Assembly (NCBI GenBank): GCA_018819225.1
Contig: JAHJQN010000003.1
Coordinates: forward strand, 1 to 64,000
DNA: 64,000 nt
DNA from: Candidatus Micrarchaeota archaeon
Lineage (GTDB): Archaea > Micrarchaeota > Micrarchaeia > Norongarragalinales > SBBD01
Reading direction: 5' to 3'
In this document: positions 55,575 to 64,000 of the stretch, one piece after another
How positions within the stretch are numbered: position 1 is the first letter of the stretch
Layout: the number at the start of each line of letters is the position of its first letter
Translations under genes and position numbers: made by a program
Notes under the pieces: model-generated
The model's database searches: none
Seen by the model: the letters and a program-made list of their open reading frames with translations, nothing else
Told to the model about the DNA's origin: nothing

Positions 55575-55982
55575 TCAACCGCCCTCCGTAATATTCACGA
55601 ACGTTCCTTCGGATTTGATGAGAAGCACCACGGGCCCCGCTCGCGTCGGCAGCGTCCCTTGAACATCTCCCAACGTCACCGCGTATACGTCCGTCAACCC
55701 CGCGGGAGTGGAAAGTTTAATCATCACTTCCTTCAAATCGACCGTAGCCGCTTGAATGTTATCGGGAAATACCACTTGCACGCGAAGCTGGGACGGCTCT
55801 CCTTGGATGTAGACGAGATCCGCCGCATCCGCAATTTTATGCACGGCGAGTTTAGCGTAAGCAAACTGAAGCTCCTGACGCGACGCATTCATTTCATTGT
55901 TGACATAAAGCCAAAGGGGAAGCACGATGGCCATACTGAGACCTAAGACGACGAGATATTCCATAGCGACTTGGGCACGCAT
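55575..55982 (-). CDS. Archaeal pilin (class III signal peptide, RA/QxxxE)
   Basis: 'MRAQVAMEYLVVLG...IADAAD.VY.QG.PS'. Confidence 0.85.
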   Translation of the reverse strand: MRAQVAMEYLVVLGLSMAIVLPLWLYVNNEMNASRQELQFAYAKLAVHKIADAADLVYIQGEPSQLRVQVVFPDNIQAATVDLKEVMIKLSTPAGLTDVYAVTLGDVQGTLPTRAGPVVLLIKSEGTFVNITEGG

Positions 55983-56073
55983 GGAAATGGGTAAGGACCC
56001 GTTCTTAAAAAAGGTTGTTTCTGGATGAGAAAATACCTAAGCCTTTTATATTCGGCGAATGTAATGCCTGGCA

Positions 56074-56685
56074 ATGGAAAAGAGGGAGGGAAAGCTCGAT
56101 ACGTCTATCGATCGCCTCGTCGAGTTCATCCGTCTTAAGAAGTCAACGACCGTCGATGAAGCAGCGAGAGCCTTATCGTTATCGCAGAAGCAGGTGGAAG
56201 AAATTGCCGAAGTCCTCGCGGAAAGCGGCCTCATCCATTTGAAATACGAGTTTTCGGGAATTCGGCTGTCCCCCCAACTCGTTCAAAAACACGATGTGAG
56301 CACCGAACGGGAACCGAAAGACCAAAGTCCCCTTCAACGCATGAACGAAATCAAGACGGAATTGGATTCCGTGGAAGGCATGCTTGATTTTTCGCAAAAG
56401 GATATCGGCCGGCGCATCGACAATATCACCGAACACTTTCGCGAAACGGAACGCATGGACCTGGAAAACGAAAACACGCAGGACATGACGCGACACATCG
56501 ATGGTTTGTTGCACCAGATGGAAATGATTCAAGCCAAAGTGACGCTGCTGGAAACCAAAGCTCAAAAAGCGCGAGAAGAAATGAAGCGATTCGAACGCGA
56601 ATTGGAAATGCATGGAGGAAAAACAGCAGGAAAACTGACTCGCGCCTGGAGGAAACTGCGCAGGATCATTCGGAAAAAGACATAA
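56074..56685 (+). CDS. HTH + coiled-coil protein preceding the pilus ATPase
   Basis: 'TSIDRLVEFI......VDEAARAL......VEE.AEVL.ESGLI...Y' followed by a coiled coil. Confidence 0.7.
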   Translation: MEKREGKLDTSIDRLVEFIRLKKSTTVDEAARALSLSQKQVEEIAEVLAESGLIHLKYEFSGIRLSPQLVQKHDVSTEREPKDQSPLQRMNEIKTELDSVEGMLDFSQKDIGRRIDNITEHFRETERMDLENENTQDMTRHIDGLLHQMEMIQAKVTLLETKAQKAREEMKRFERELEMHGGKTAGKLTRAWRKLRRIIRKKT

Positions 56686-56724
56686 GAATAAATACGGGGA
56701 ATCCGTAATGCACAGGAGGAAGTC

Positions 56725-58359
56725 ATGAAAGTCTTAGCGGTTTACAAAGTGGAAAGCGAGCAGGTCGTTGCGGACGTGCGGGTGCTCCAGCGGGACGACG
56801 AGTACATCAACACCTATGAATTGGAATACTTGCATTTGAATCCGGCGACCCGCGCCGTACTCCAGCGATTAAAGGAACGAATTATCGATAGCGTGGACGT
56901 GAAGATTTCGGATCTCGTCTCCAAAGCCGAAGACGAAAATATCCGGCGCACGTTTTATAAACGGGCCAAAGAAATTTTGAAACGCGAACTTCCGGACGCG
57001 ACGGAAGATGAAGAAAACTTCCTTTCGGGAAGACTCATGCAGGAAATGCTGGGGCTCGGGGACCTGGAGCTTTTGCTTTCGGATCCGCAACTGGAAGAAG
57101 TGATCGTTAATTCCGCGAAAGAAAACGTATGGGTATACCACCGCACGTTTGGATGGCTGAAATCCAACATCATCATCAAGAAAGAGGAGCAAATCCAAAA
57201 CTATTCGGAAATCATCGGACGGAAAATTGGTCGACAGATTACAACTCTCAATCCCTTGATGGACGCGAACCTACTCTCCGGAAACCGAGTGAACTGCGTG
57301 TTACTGCCGATCAGCAGCAAAGGAAACAGCATCGTGATACGAAAATTCCGCGCGGATCCATGGACGATCGTGCACCTCATCGATCCCGTTAACAAAACGC
57401 TGTCAGCGGAAGTCGCGGCGCTCCTCTGGCTGTGCATCCAATACGAAATGAACATTCTCGTCGGAGGGGGAACCGGTAGCGGAAAAACATCGTTCTTGAA
57501 CGCCGTGTTATTGTTCACGCCGCCGAATCAACGAGTCGTCAGCATTGAAGATACGCGCGAGCTCGTGCTGCCCGATTTCCTGCATTGGACGCCCATGGTC
57601 ACGAGACAACCGAATACGGAAGGAAAAGGAGAAATCACGATGTTGGATCTCATGATCAACAGTTTGCGTATGCGACCGGACCGAATCGTGTTAGGTGAAA
57701 CGCGCAGGCAGCGGGAAGCCGAGGTTCTATTTGAGGCGATGCATACGGGGCATTCGGTGCTCAGTACCTTTCACGCGGAAGACGTGTTCCAACTGAAAAA
57801 TCGGTTGATTCACGCACCCGTAAACATTCCCGAACTCTTACTGAGTGCCATTAACCTCGTGGTCATCCAGTACCGGCAACGACGCACCGGATTTCGACGC
57901 ACATTCGAGATAGCGGAATTCCTGGAGGAAGAAGACAAAGTCTCGGCGAACGTGCTTTACCGATGGAACCCCCAGCAGGATGAGTTGGAGAAAGTGGGCG
58001 AATCCATCAAACTGTATTCCACGTTAAGTTTGTACACGGGCATGACGCCGAAAGAAATTCATGGGGAATTGAAGGAGCGCCAATCGGTATTGGAATACAT
58101 GTTGAAGCATCGGATTTTCGGGGTCAACGAAGTCGGACGCATCGTCGCCTGGTACTACCGAGATAAAAAGCGGTTGATTAACGTCGTGGAAAACGACGAG
58201 GAACCCAATAAATTACTGGAACCGGAAGAAACGGGAAAAGAAGAAGAAGAGAATCAACCGATGGAAAATCAAAAGAAGAAAAAGGAAGTCCATGCCCCGA
58301 AGAAAGAAAGCAAGGACAGCATCCGCAAAAAATTGAAAGCCATCCTCGGGGAGAAGTAA
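56725..58359 (+). CDS. Type II/IV secretion system (pilus assembly) ATPase, CpaF/TadA/ArlI-like
   Basis: Walker A GGTGSGKT, 'SIEDTREL', 'LRMRPDRIVLGE.R', 'MHTGH...STFHA'. Confidence 0.93.
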   Translation: MKVLAVYKVESEQVVADVRVLQRDDEYINTYELEYLHLNPATRAVLQRLKERIIDSVDVKISDLVSKAEDENIRRTFYKRAKEILKRELPDATEDEENFLSGRLMQEMLGLGDLELLLSDPQLEEVIVNSAKENVWVYHRTFGWLKSNIIIKKEEQIQNYSEIIGRKIGRQITTLNPLMDANLLSGNRVNCVLLPISSKGNSIVIRKFRADPWTIVHLIDPVNKTLSAEVAALLWLCIQYEMNILVGGGTGSGKTSFLNAVLLFTPPNQRVVSIEDTRELVLPDFLHWTPMVTRQPNTEGKGEITMLDLMINSLRMRPDRIVLGETRRQREAEVLFEAMHTGHSVLSTFHAEDVFQLKNRLIHAPVNIPELLLSAINLVVIQYRQRRTGFRRTFEIAEFLEEEDKVSANVLYRWNPQQDELEKVGESIKLYSTLSLYTGMTPKEIHGELKERQSVLEYMLKHRIFGVNEVGRIVAWYYRDKKRLINVVENDEEPNKLLEPEETGKEEEENQPMENQKKKKEVHAPKKESKDSIRKKLKAILGEK

Positions 58360-58366
58360 AGGTGCG

Positions 58367-59257
58367 TTGGCCGTGAAAGTACCCTTCAGCATTCTTCCGC
58401 CACCCGTTGTTGAAAAAATCGCGACGGTCGGATCGATAGCCCGCGCCGGAAATGTGGCGAGCACGTTCTTTCCCCATCTCGGGGAGCAACTCATTCAAGT
58501 CAGCGGGGACGTTCACCATCGCACGTACATGGCTCAAGCACTCGTCGCGTCATTCTTCAACTTTTTTTTCTTGTTCGTTGGAAGCATCGCGTTATACCAA
58601 ATAACTCAAAACCCCGACATTCTCTGGCAAGGCCCTCTGGTGGCCCTTTTCATGGGATTCATCTCGCTGATCACGATCGTCAATTACCCGCGCATCATCG
58701 CTCGAAAACAAGCGAGGAATATCGAAAACGAGTTGATTCCCGCCATGCGTCAGTTGCTCATTCAAGTGAAAAGTGGCGTTCCCTTGTTCGATGCCATGGC
58801 CAGTATTTGCGCCGATTACGGAAGCGTCTCCCGCGAATTCCGGAAAATGGTCAAGAAAATTAACGGCGGCTTAAGCATCGAAAGCACCTTTGAAGAAGAA
58901 AGCAAGCGCACCCCCTCCAAACAACTCAAACGCATTCTCTGGCACATCTCGAATGCCCTGAAAGTCGGGACCGATGTCGGCATCGCACTGGAAGAAATCA
59001 TTGAAGATTTGACCAAGGAACGCATTGACGATATCCGCAGGTACGGACAGGAGCTGAGTCCGTGGACCATGATATATATGCTCGCGGCCATCATCGTCCC
59101 GTCACTCGGAATCACGATGATGCTCGTCGTTATTTCATTCCTAGGCGTTCAAGTGCCCCCTATTTTCTTCGCGTTCACGTTATTGTTTATCATCGGTTTC
59201 CAACTATTTTTTATGGATTTTGTCCGCAGCCGTCGCCCGGCAGTCGAAGACGTGTGA
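58367..59257 (+). CDS. Type II secretion system F-domain (TadB/TadC-like) membrane platform protein
   Basis: 'IENELIPAMRQL...VKSG.PL...YG.VS.EF'; TM helices. Confidence 0.88.
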   Translation: MAVKVPFSILPPPVVEKIATVGSIARAGNVASTFFPHLGEQLIQVSGDVHHRTYMAQALVASFFNFFFLFVGSIALYQITQNPDILWQGPLVALFMGFISLITIVNYPRIIARKQARNIENELIPAMRQLLIQVKSGVPLFDAMASICADYGSVSREFRKMVKKINGGLSIESTFEEESKRTPSKQLKRILWHISNALKVGTDVGIALEEIIEDLTKERIDDIRRYGQELSPWTMIYMLAAIIVPSLGITMMLVVISFLGVQVPPIFFAFTLLFIIGFQLFFMDFVRSRRPAVEDV

Positions 59258-59263
59258 TCCCCT

Positions 59264-60316
59264 ATGCCCCGCATCCGTTTGTATTACATTCTCTCGCAGA
59301 TCTTCCCGAATCAAGGCCTTCAATCCATTGAAAAAATGATTGTCCAGGCGGGTTTCACCACCATTGATCCGAGAAAGTACGCGGGATTCATGGTCATCTT
59401 CACGATAGCCGCCGCAATCGTTGCGGCCATTGTTATCAACCAATTCTATCCGGATCCGTTGTGGATGGGGCCAGCGGCAGGCCTCTTTTCCCTGATCGTC
59501 GTGGGCGGAACGTTTTATATCGTGCTGTACATGTCCGCTGAAAATCGCGCGATGGCCATTGAAGAAAACCTTCCGGAAGCGCTTCGAATCATTTCCGCCA
59601 ATATCCGAGCCGGGATGACGATCGAGAACGCGGTATGGAGCGTCAGCAAACCCGAGTTCGGGGTTTTGGGAGAAGAAATCAAACGCGTCTCCGTCGGGGT
59701 TTACGGAGGAAAACCCATCCAGCAAAGCCTGATGGAAATGGGCGAACGAGTCGACTCCAAAATATTGCAGCGGTCCGTGAAACTATTATCAGAAGGCATT
59801 ACACTCGGAGGAGAAATTGCGAATTTGCTGGATTCCGTATCCGACAATATCAAACAAACCAAGAACTTGCGGAAAGAAATTCGCAATGCGACGCTGTCGT
59901 ATACGTTGTTCATTGTCTTCTCCGCGATTCTGGTGGCCCCCATGCTGTTCTCCGTATCGCTGTACTATGCTGAAACGAACGAACGCATCGCACAACAACA
60001 GCAAGCCGTTAACTTCAGCAATATTCAGCAAGGCGGGCCGGGGTCGCAATTTGCCGGAGGAGGGATCAGCAGCATGGCATTCCAGAACATCCAATCTGAA
60101 ATCACCGCGAAGGATATCCGAATTTTCGCGTTGAGCGCCATCAGCATTACGGCGTTCTTCAGTGCACTACTCATTGGACTCATCCAGCATGGAAAAGCCC
60201 GTTGGGGCCTCAAACTCGTGCCGATTTTCATCATTGTATCGATCGGCATCTTCTTTTTCGTGAGAAGCATGCTGGGGGCCGCTTTTGGAAGTATCATCGG
60301 TTCCAGTCCCACTTAA
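59264..60316 (+). CDS. Type II secretion system F-domain (TadC-like) membrane platform protein
   Basis: 'IEENLPEAL..ISANIRAGMT.E.A......EFG.L..EI'. Confidence 0.88.
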   Translation: MPRIRLYYILSQIFPNQGLQSIEKMIVQAGFTTIDPRKYAGFMVIFTIAAAIVAAIVINQFYPDPLWMGPAAGLFSLIVVGGTFYIVLYMSAENRAMAIEENLPEALRIISANIRAGMTIENAVWSVSKPEFGVLGEEIKRVSVGVYGGKPIQQSLMEMGERVDSKILQRSVKLLSEGITLGGEIANLLDSVSDNIKQTKNLRKEIRNATLSYTLFIVFSAILVAPMLFSVSLYYAETNERIAQQQQAVNFSNIQQGGPGSQFAGGGISSMAFQNIQSEITAKDIRIFALSAISITAFFSALLIGLIQHGKARWGLKLVPIFIIVSIGIFFFVRSMLGAAFGSIIGSSPT

Positions 60317-60340
60317 AAACATTATAGGCGACAATACCGC

Positions 60341-62050
60341 TTGATGACCCTCGAAACCATCATTCGTAAATTCGTACTCAAGAACGCGCACGAGTACGGA
60401 AAAGCGTCTCCGAAAGCCGTCGCGGGCAAAGTCATTGCCGCATCATCGGAAGCCAAGACGGACCTGAAGAAAACCATGCAACTCATTCAAGAAATGATTC
60501 GGGAAGTGGAAACGCTATCCAAAGAACAAATCGAAAACGAGTTGAAAGGACACGCGTTCGTTCAAAAAGAAGAAGGCCCGCGCGTCCTGCGATTGGAAGA
60601 CGCGGAAGAAGGAAAAGTGATCACGCGATTCCTCCCGGAACCGAACGGCTGGATGCACTTGGGACACGCCAAAGCCGCTTTTCTCTCCATGGAAGCCGCC
60701 CAACAATTCAAAGGAAGTTGCCATTTACGATTTGATGACACGAATCCCGAAACCGAAAAGCAGGAGTACGAGGACGCGATTCGCGAGGACTTGAACTGGC
60801 TGGGATTGACGTTCTCGAAAGAAACGCATACCTCTGATTTGATGTCGCAATTCCAACAATTTATCAGCAAGCTCCTCATCCTCGGACGCGCGTACGTCTG
60901 CACGTGCACGCAAGAACACATGAACACGAACCGATACGAAAAAAAGGTGTGCAACTGCCGCGAGCGCCGTGGCGGAGAACAACTCGTGCTCTGGCAACGC
61001 ATGCAGAAAGGGGACGCGGAAAAAGGGGAGATGGTGGTGCGGTTGAAAGGGGACATGAAAAGCGACAACACGGCCATGCGGGACCCGACGCTGTTTCGCA
61101 TCAATAAAACCGCGCATTACCGGCTCGGCAACACATTCAACGCCTGGCCGACGTATGACTTCAGCGTGAGCATCGCCGACTCCATTGAGGATGTCACGCA
61201 CGCCTTACGCAGCAAGGAATACGAGTTGCGCGATGAATTGTATGACGCGATCTTGACCGCAGTCAACCTGCGCAAACCCAGGGTATACGATTTCGCGCGC
61301 TTGAAAATGAAGGGAACGGCATTAAGCAAGCGCTTCCTCAAACCGCTCATCGAACAAGGCAAAGTGCACGGATGGAATGATCCGCGTCTGCCGACGCTTC
61401 GCGGCATGAAACGGCGAGGCATTCTCCCGGAAGCCATCAAGGAATTCGTGATGTCGCTCGGGCTCAGCAAACAAGAAAGCCAACCCTCATTCGATCAACT
61501 CCTTCAAATCAATCGCCGTTGCTTGGATCCCATGGCCGAACACTACTTCTTTGTATCCAATCCATTCAAGCTCACGATTCCATCACTGACCGAAAAGCAA
61601 ACGCACGGGATTCCCAAGAGGGGAAACAGCAAAGGGAATCGGGGAGTGGCGTTCAAAAACGCGTTCTGGCTCTCGAAATCCGATGTTCAAGAATGGAAAG
61701 AAGGCCTGCGAGTGCGCCTGAAAGATTTATTCGATGTGAAGATTTCGGCGCTGAACGAAAACGAAATCGCGGGAGAATTTGTAGGCAAAGAGCCTGCATC
61801 GGGAGCGAAGGTCGTGCAATGGGTTTCCGCAATGGAAGGCGAATCCGTTCCGTGCTCGGTCATCGAAATCGCGGATTTACTCAATGATAAAGACGAATTT
61901 AATCCGGAAAGCTGGAGGGAAACAACGGGAGTCTGCGAAAAGGAATGCCGAAGCCTGAAAGAAGGAGCGATCATTCAATTCGAACGCACGGGATTCTGCC
62001 GACTCGACGAAAAACGAGAGAATCAGCTGACATTCATCAAAAGCGGATAG
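60341..62050 (+). CDS. gltX: Glutamyl-tRNA synthetase (archaeal type)
   Basis: 'TRF.PEPNG..HLGH', 'RFDDTNP', 'MRDP', 'LSKR', 'W.DPRLPT', 'QFER.GF'. Confidence 0.95.
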   Translation: MMTLETIIRKFVLKNAHEYGKASPKAVAGKVIAASSEAKTDLKKTMQLIQEMIREVETLSKEQIENELKGHAFVQKEEGPRVLRLEDAEEGKVITRFLPEPNGWMHLGHAKAAFLSMEAAQQFKGSCHLRFDDTNPETEKQEYEDAIREDLNWLGLTFSKETHTSDLMSQFQQFISKLLILGRAYVCTCTQEHMNTNRYEKKVCNCRERRGGEQLVLWQRMQKGDAEKGEMVVRLKGDMKSDNTAMRDPTLFRINKTAHYRLGNTFNAWPTYDFSVSIADSIEDVTHALRSKEYELRDELYDAILTAVNLRKPRVYDFARLKMKGTALSKRFLKPLIEQGKVHGWNDPRLPTLRGMKRRGILPEAIKEFVMSLGLSKQESQPSFDQLLQINRRCLDPMAEHYFFVSNPFKLTIPSLTEKQTHGIPKRGNSKGNRGVAFKNAFWLSKSDVQEWKEGLRVRLKDLFDVKISALNENEIAGEFVGKEPASGAKVVQWVSAMEGESVPCSVIEIADLLNDKDEFNPESWRETTGVCEKECRSLKEGAIIQFERTGFCRLDEKRENQLTFIKSG

Positions 62051-62058
62051 GAATCCAC

Positions 62059-62775
62059 ATGACGAATTTCTTGTTTCAAAAAGACGCGTACGTGAAGGAA
62101 TTTGATGCGCGCATCGTGGAACGGGAAGGAACGGAAGTGGTGTTGGATCAAACCGCGTTTTACTATACGTCGGGAGGCCAACCCCACGATACCGGAACCT
62201 TTCACGCGAATGGAATAACGTACGAAATCCAAGACGTGTACCGGCATAAACCCACGGGAAAAATCAGACACCAACTGAATCAACCGATCCCTGAAGAGAT
62301 AACGAGCGGACACGGAAAAGTGAATTGGGAGCGTCGGTACGGACACATGCGCCACCACACCGCACTGCACATGATTTCGCGCGTGGCACTCGACGAATTT
62401 CAATGTCTCGTGACGGGATCGCAGGTGTACGCGGACCGCGGACGCATTGATTTTGCTCTCGAGGATTTAAGCGAAGAACGGCTCCGGCTTCTGGAAGAAA
62501 AGACGAATGAGGCGAACGCGAAAGCCTACCCGGTAACGATTCAATTCCTTCCGAGGGAGGAAGCGTTGAAGAATCCCGAGCTCATTCGCACGCAAATCAA
62601 CCTCGTGCCCGAATCCGCAACAATCATCCGTTGTGTTGAAATCAAGGGATTCGATTTCCAGGCATGCGGGGGCACCCATGTGGGTAACACCCGAGAAATC
62701 GGCCGAATCCAAATCACGAAATACGAAAACAAGGGCGTGGGAAAGAAACGATTGGAACTCACGGCGACCCCCTGA
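62059..62775 (+). CDS. alaX: Alanyl-tRNA editing protein AlaX
   Basis: 'LDQTAFY..GGQP.D.G', 'HMRHHTALH', 'CGGTHV'; start MTNF at 62059. Confidence 0.92.
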   Translation: MTNFLFQKDAYVKEFDARIVEREGTEVVLDQTAFYYTSGGQPHDTGTFHANGITYEIQDVYRHKPTGKIRHQLNQPIPEEITSGHGKVNWERRYGHMRHHTALHMISRVALDEFQCLVTGSQVYADRGRIDFALEDLSEERLRLLEEKTNEANAKAYPVTIQFLPREEALKNPELIRTQINLVPESATIIRCVEIKGFDFQACGGTHVGNTREIGRIQITKYENKGVGKKRLELTATP

Positions 62776-62832
62776 AAAGGCATTTCATGAAAACAAAGAA
62801 AGGTATTTAAGGCTCGAGGGCGGTAATGGAAT

Positions 62833-63978
62833 ATGGCATCTTCTTTCGACCCCAAAGAACTCGTTAAGGGATACGAGAAAAACGAGCTGACTATTGCGGT
62901 CATTGGCAGTCATTCCGCCCTAGAGATTGCCCGAGGCGCCAAAGACGAAAGCATTCACAGCCTCGTGGTCTGCCAGAAAGGACGCGACAAAACCTATTCC
63001 AAGCACTACTTGAACCGGCAGCGAAAAGGCGTGGAAGGAACCGTGGGATGCGTGGATGAAGTCATCATCCTCGACCAATTCTCCGACCTCGTCTCCGAAG
63101 ACATTATGAAGGATTTGCGCATCAAGGCCGCGATCTTCGTACCGAACCGCTCGTTCTGCGTATACGTTCCATACCAGGATATAGAAACCCGCTTCTCGAT
63201 CCCCATTTTCGGAAACCGCTACCTGTTGAGAGCGGAAGAGAGGGATGAAGCTTGGAACCAATACACGCTCATGAAAGAAGCCGGTATCCGAACCCCGCGG
63301 CGATTTGAAAAACCCAGCGATATCCATCAACTCGCCATCGTCAAGGCGTCGGAAGCGCAACGAAAATACGAACGCGCGTTCTTTTTTGCATCGAACGAAA
63401 AAGAATTCGAGGAGAAGAGTGCCAACCTGTTGAAAGAAAAACGGGCCACGGAAGAAGGCATACAAAACGCAGTCATCGAAGAAGTGATTCTGGGCGCGCA
63501 ATTCAACTTCAATTTCTTTTATTCCCCGCTCCATCAAGAAATCGAGTTGATGGGCATAGACATGCGCCGGCAAACGAATCTCGACGGATTGCTGAGACTT
63601 CCGGCTGCGCAGCAACTCGAGGTCATGAAACACGTTCCCGTTAACCACATCGAGGTCGGTCACGTCGCATCAACGATACGCGAATCCCTGCTTGAAAAAG
63701 CGTTCGCGGCAGCCGAACGATTGGTGGCGGCCGCCAAGAAAGCGAAGCCGCCTGGAATCATTGGACCGTTCGCGCTTCAAGGCGCCATCACGAGCGAAGA
63801 AGGACACGAAGATCTCGTGGTCTTCGACTTGAGTCTCCGCGTGCCGGGCTCGCCCGGCATTGCCGCCACGCCATACTCCTATTACTTGAACGGAAAACGC
63901 GTATCCATCGGCCGACGGATAGCCCAAGAAGTCAAACTCGCCATGGAAAAAGAACGTTTGCATGAAATCGTGACGTGA
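62833..63978 (+). CDS. purP: 5-formaminoimidazole-4-carboxamide ribonucleotide synthetase (PurP family, ATP-grasp)
   Basis: 'GSHSALEI..GAK.E', 'PNRSF', 'YERAFF', 'IGPFALQ', 'D.SLRVPGSP', 'GRRIA.E'. Confidence 0.88.
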   Translation: MASSFDPKELVKGYEKNELTIAVIGSHSALEIARGAKDESIHSLVVCQKGRDKTYSKHYLNRQRKGVEGTVGCVDEVIILDQFSDLVSEDIMKDLRIKAAIFVPNRSFCVYVPYQDIETRFSIPIFGNRYLLRAEERDEAWNQYTLMKEAGIRTPRRFEKPSDIHQLAIVKASEAQRKYERAFFFASNEKEFEEKSANLLKEKRATEEGIQNAVIEEVILGAQFNFNFFYSPLHQEIELMGIDMRRQTNLDGLLRLPAAQQLEVMKHVPVNHIEVGHVASTIRESLLEKAFAAAERLVAAAKKAKPPGIIGPFALQGAITSEEGHEDLVVFDLSLRVPGSPGIAATPYSYYLNGKRVSIGRRIAQEVKLAMEKERLHEIVT

Positions 63979-64000
63979 CATGATACCCCAAAAAGAAATC

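Overview
Archaeal DNA, most likely a DPANN-type archaeon (Micrarchaeota-like; inferred from archaeal TpiA, GltX, PurP, AlaX, a Brix protein, archaeal class III-signal pilins and TATA-type promoters). There are four blocks. (1) 1-19.8 kb is a compositionally mosaic accessory/defence region: three toxin-antitoxin modules, a DUF5678 + retropepsin pair, an HNH nuclease, a fused type IIG restriction-modification enzyme, an XRE-ImmA/IrrE + DUF4411 pair, PD-(D/E)XK-like nucleases, an M48 protease with a C2H2 finger, an AAA-wHTH ATPase and a UvrD-nuclease. The left part is punctuated by two families of short direct repeats that separate gene modules like cassettes, and no integrase is present in the window. 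(2) 19.9-36.9 kb is a 16.8-kb island with a complete bacterial-type alpha-glucan/trehalose cluster (glgE, treS-mak, glgB, treZ, GH57, treY, malQ). It is bounded by a 213-bp direct repeat that is the 3' end of the neighbouring dicarboxylate/amino-acid symporter gene. Its GlgE carries an extra basic N-terminal domain, and four TATGAC(T/C)ACA boxes lie in its promoter region. (3) 36.6-48.5 kb holds the symporter, cysteine synthase, a DsbA-like protein, SufS and a tandemly duplicated module of a large secreted gingipain(C25)-like protein lacking the catalytic Cys plus a small Cys-rich membrane-anchored protein. (4) 48.6-64 kb holds housekeeping genes and an archaeal type IV pilus locus with a vWA/beta-propeller adhesin. 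No rRNA, tRNA or CRISPR array was recognised. All family assignments are by eye from motifs, not from database searches.
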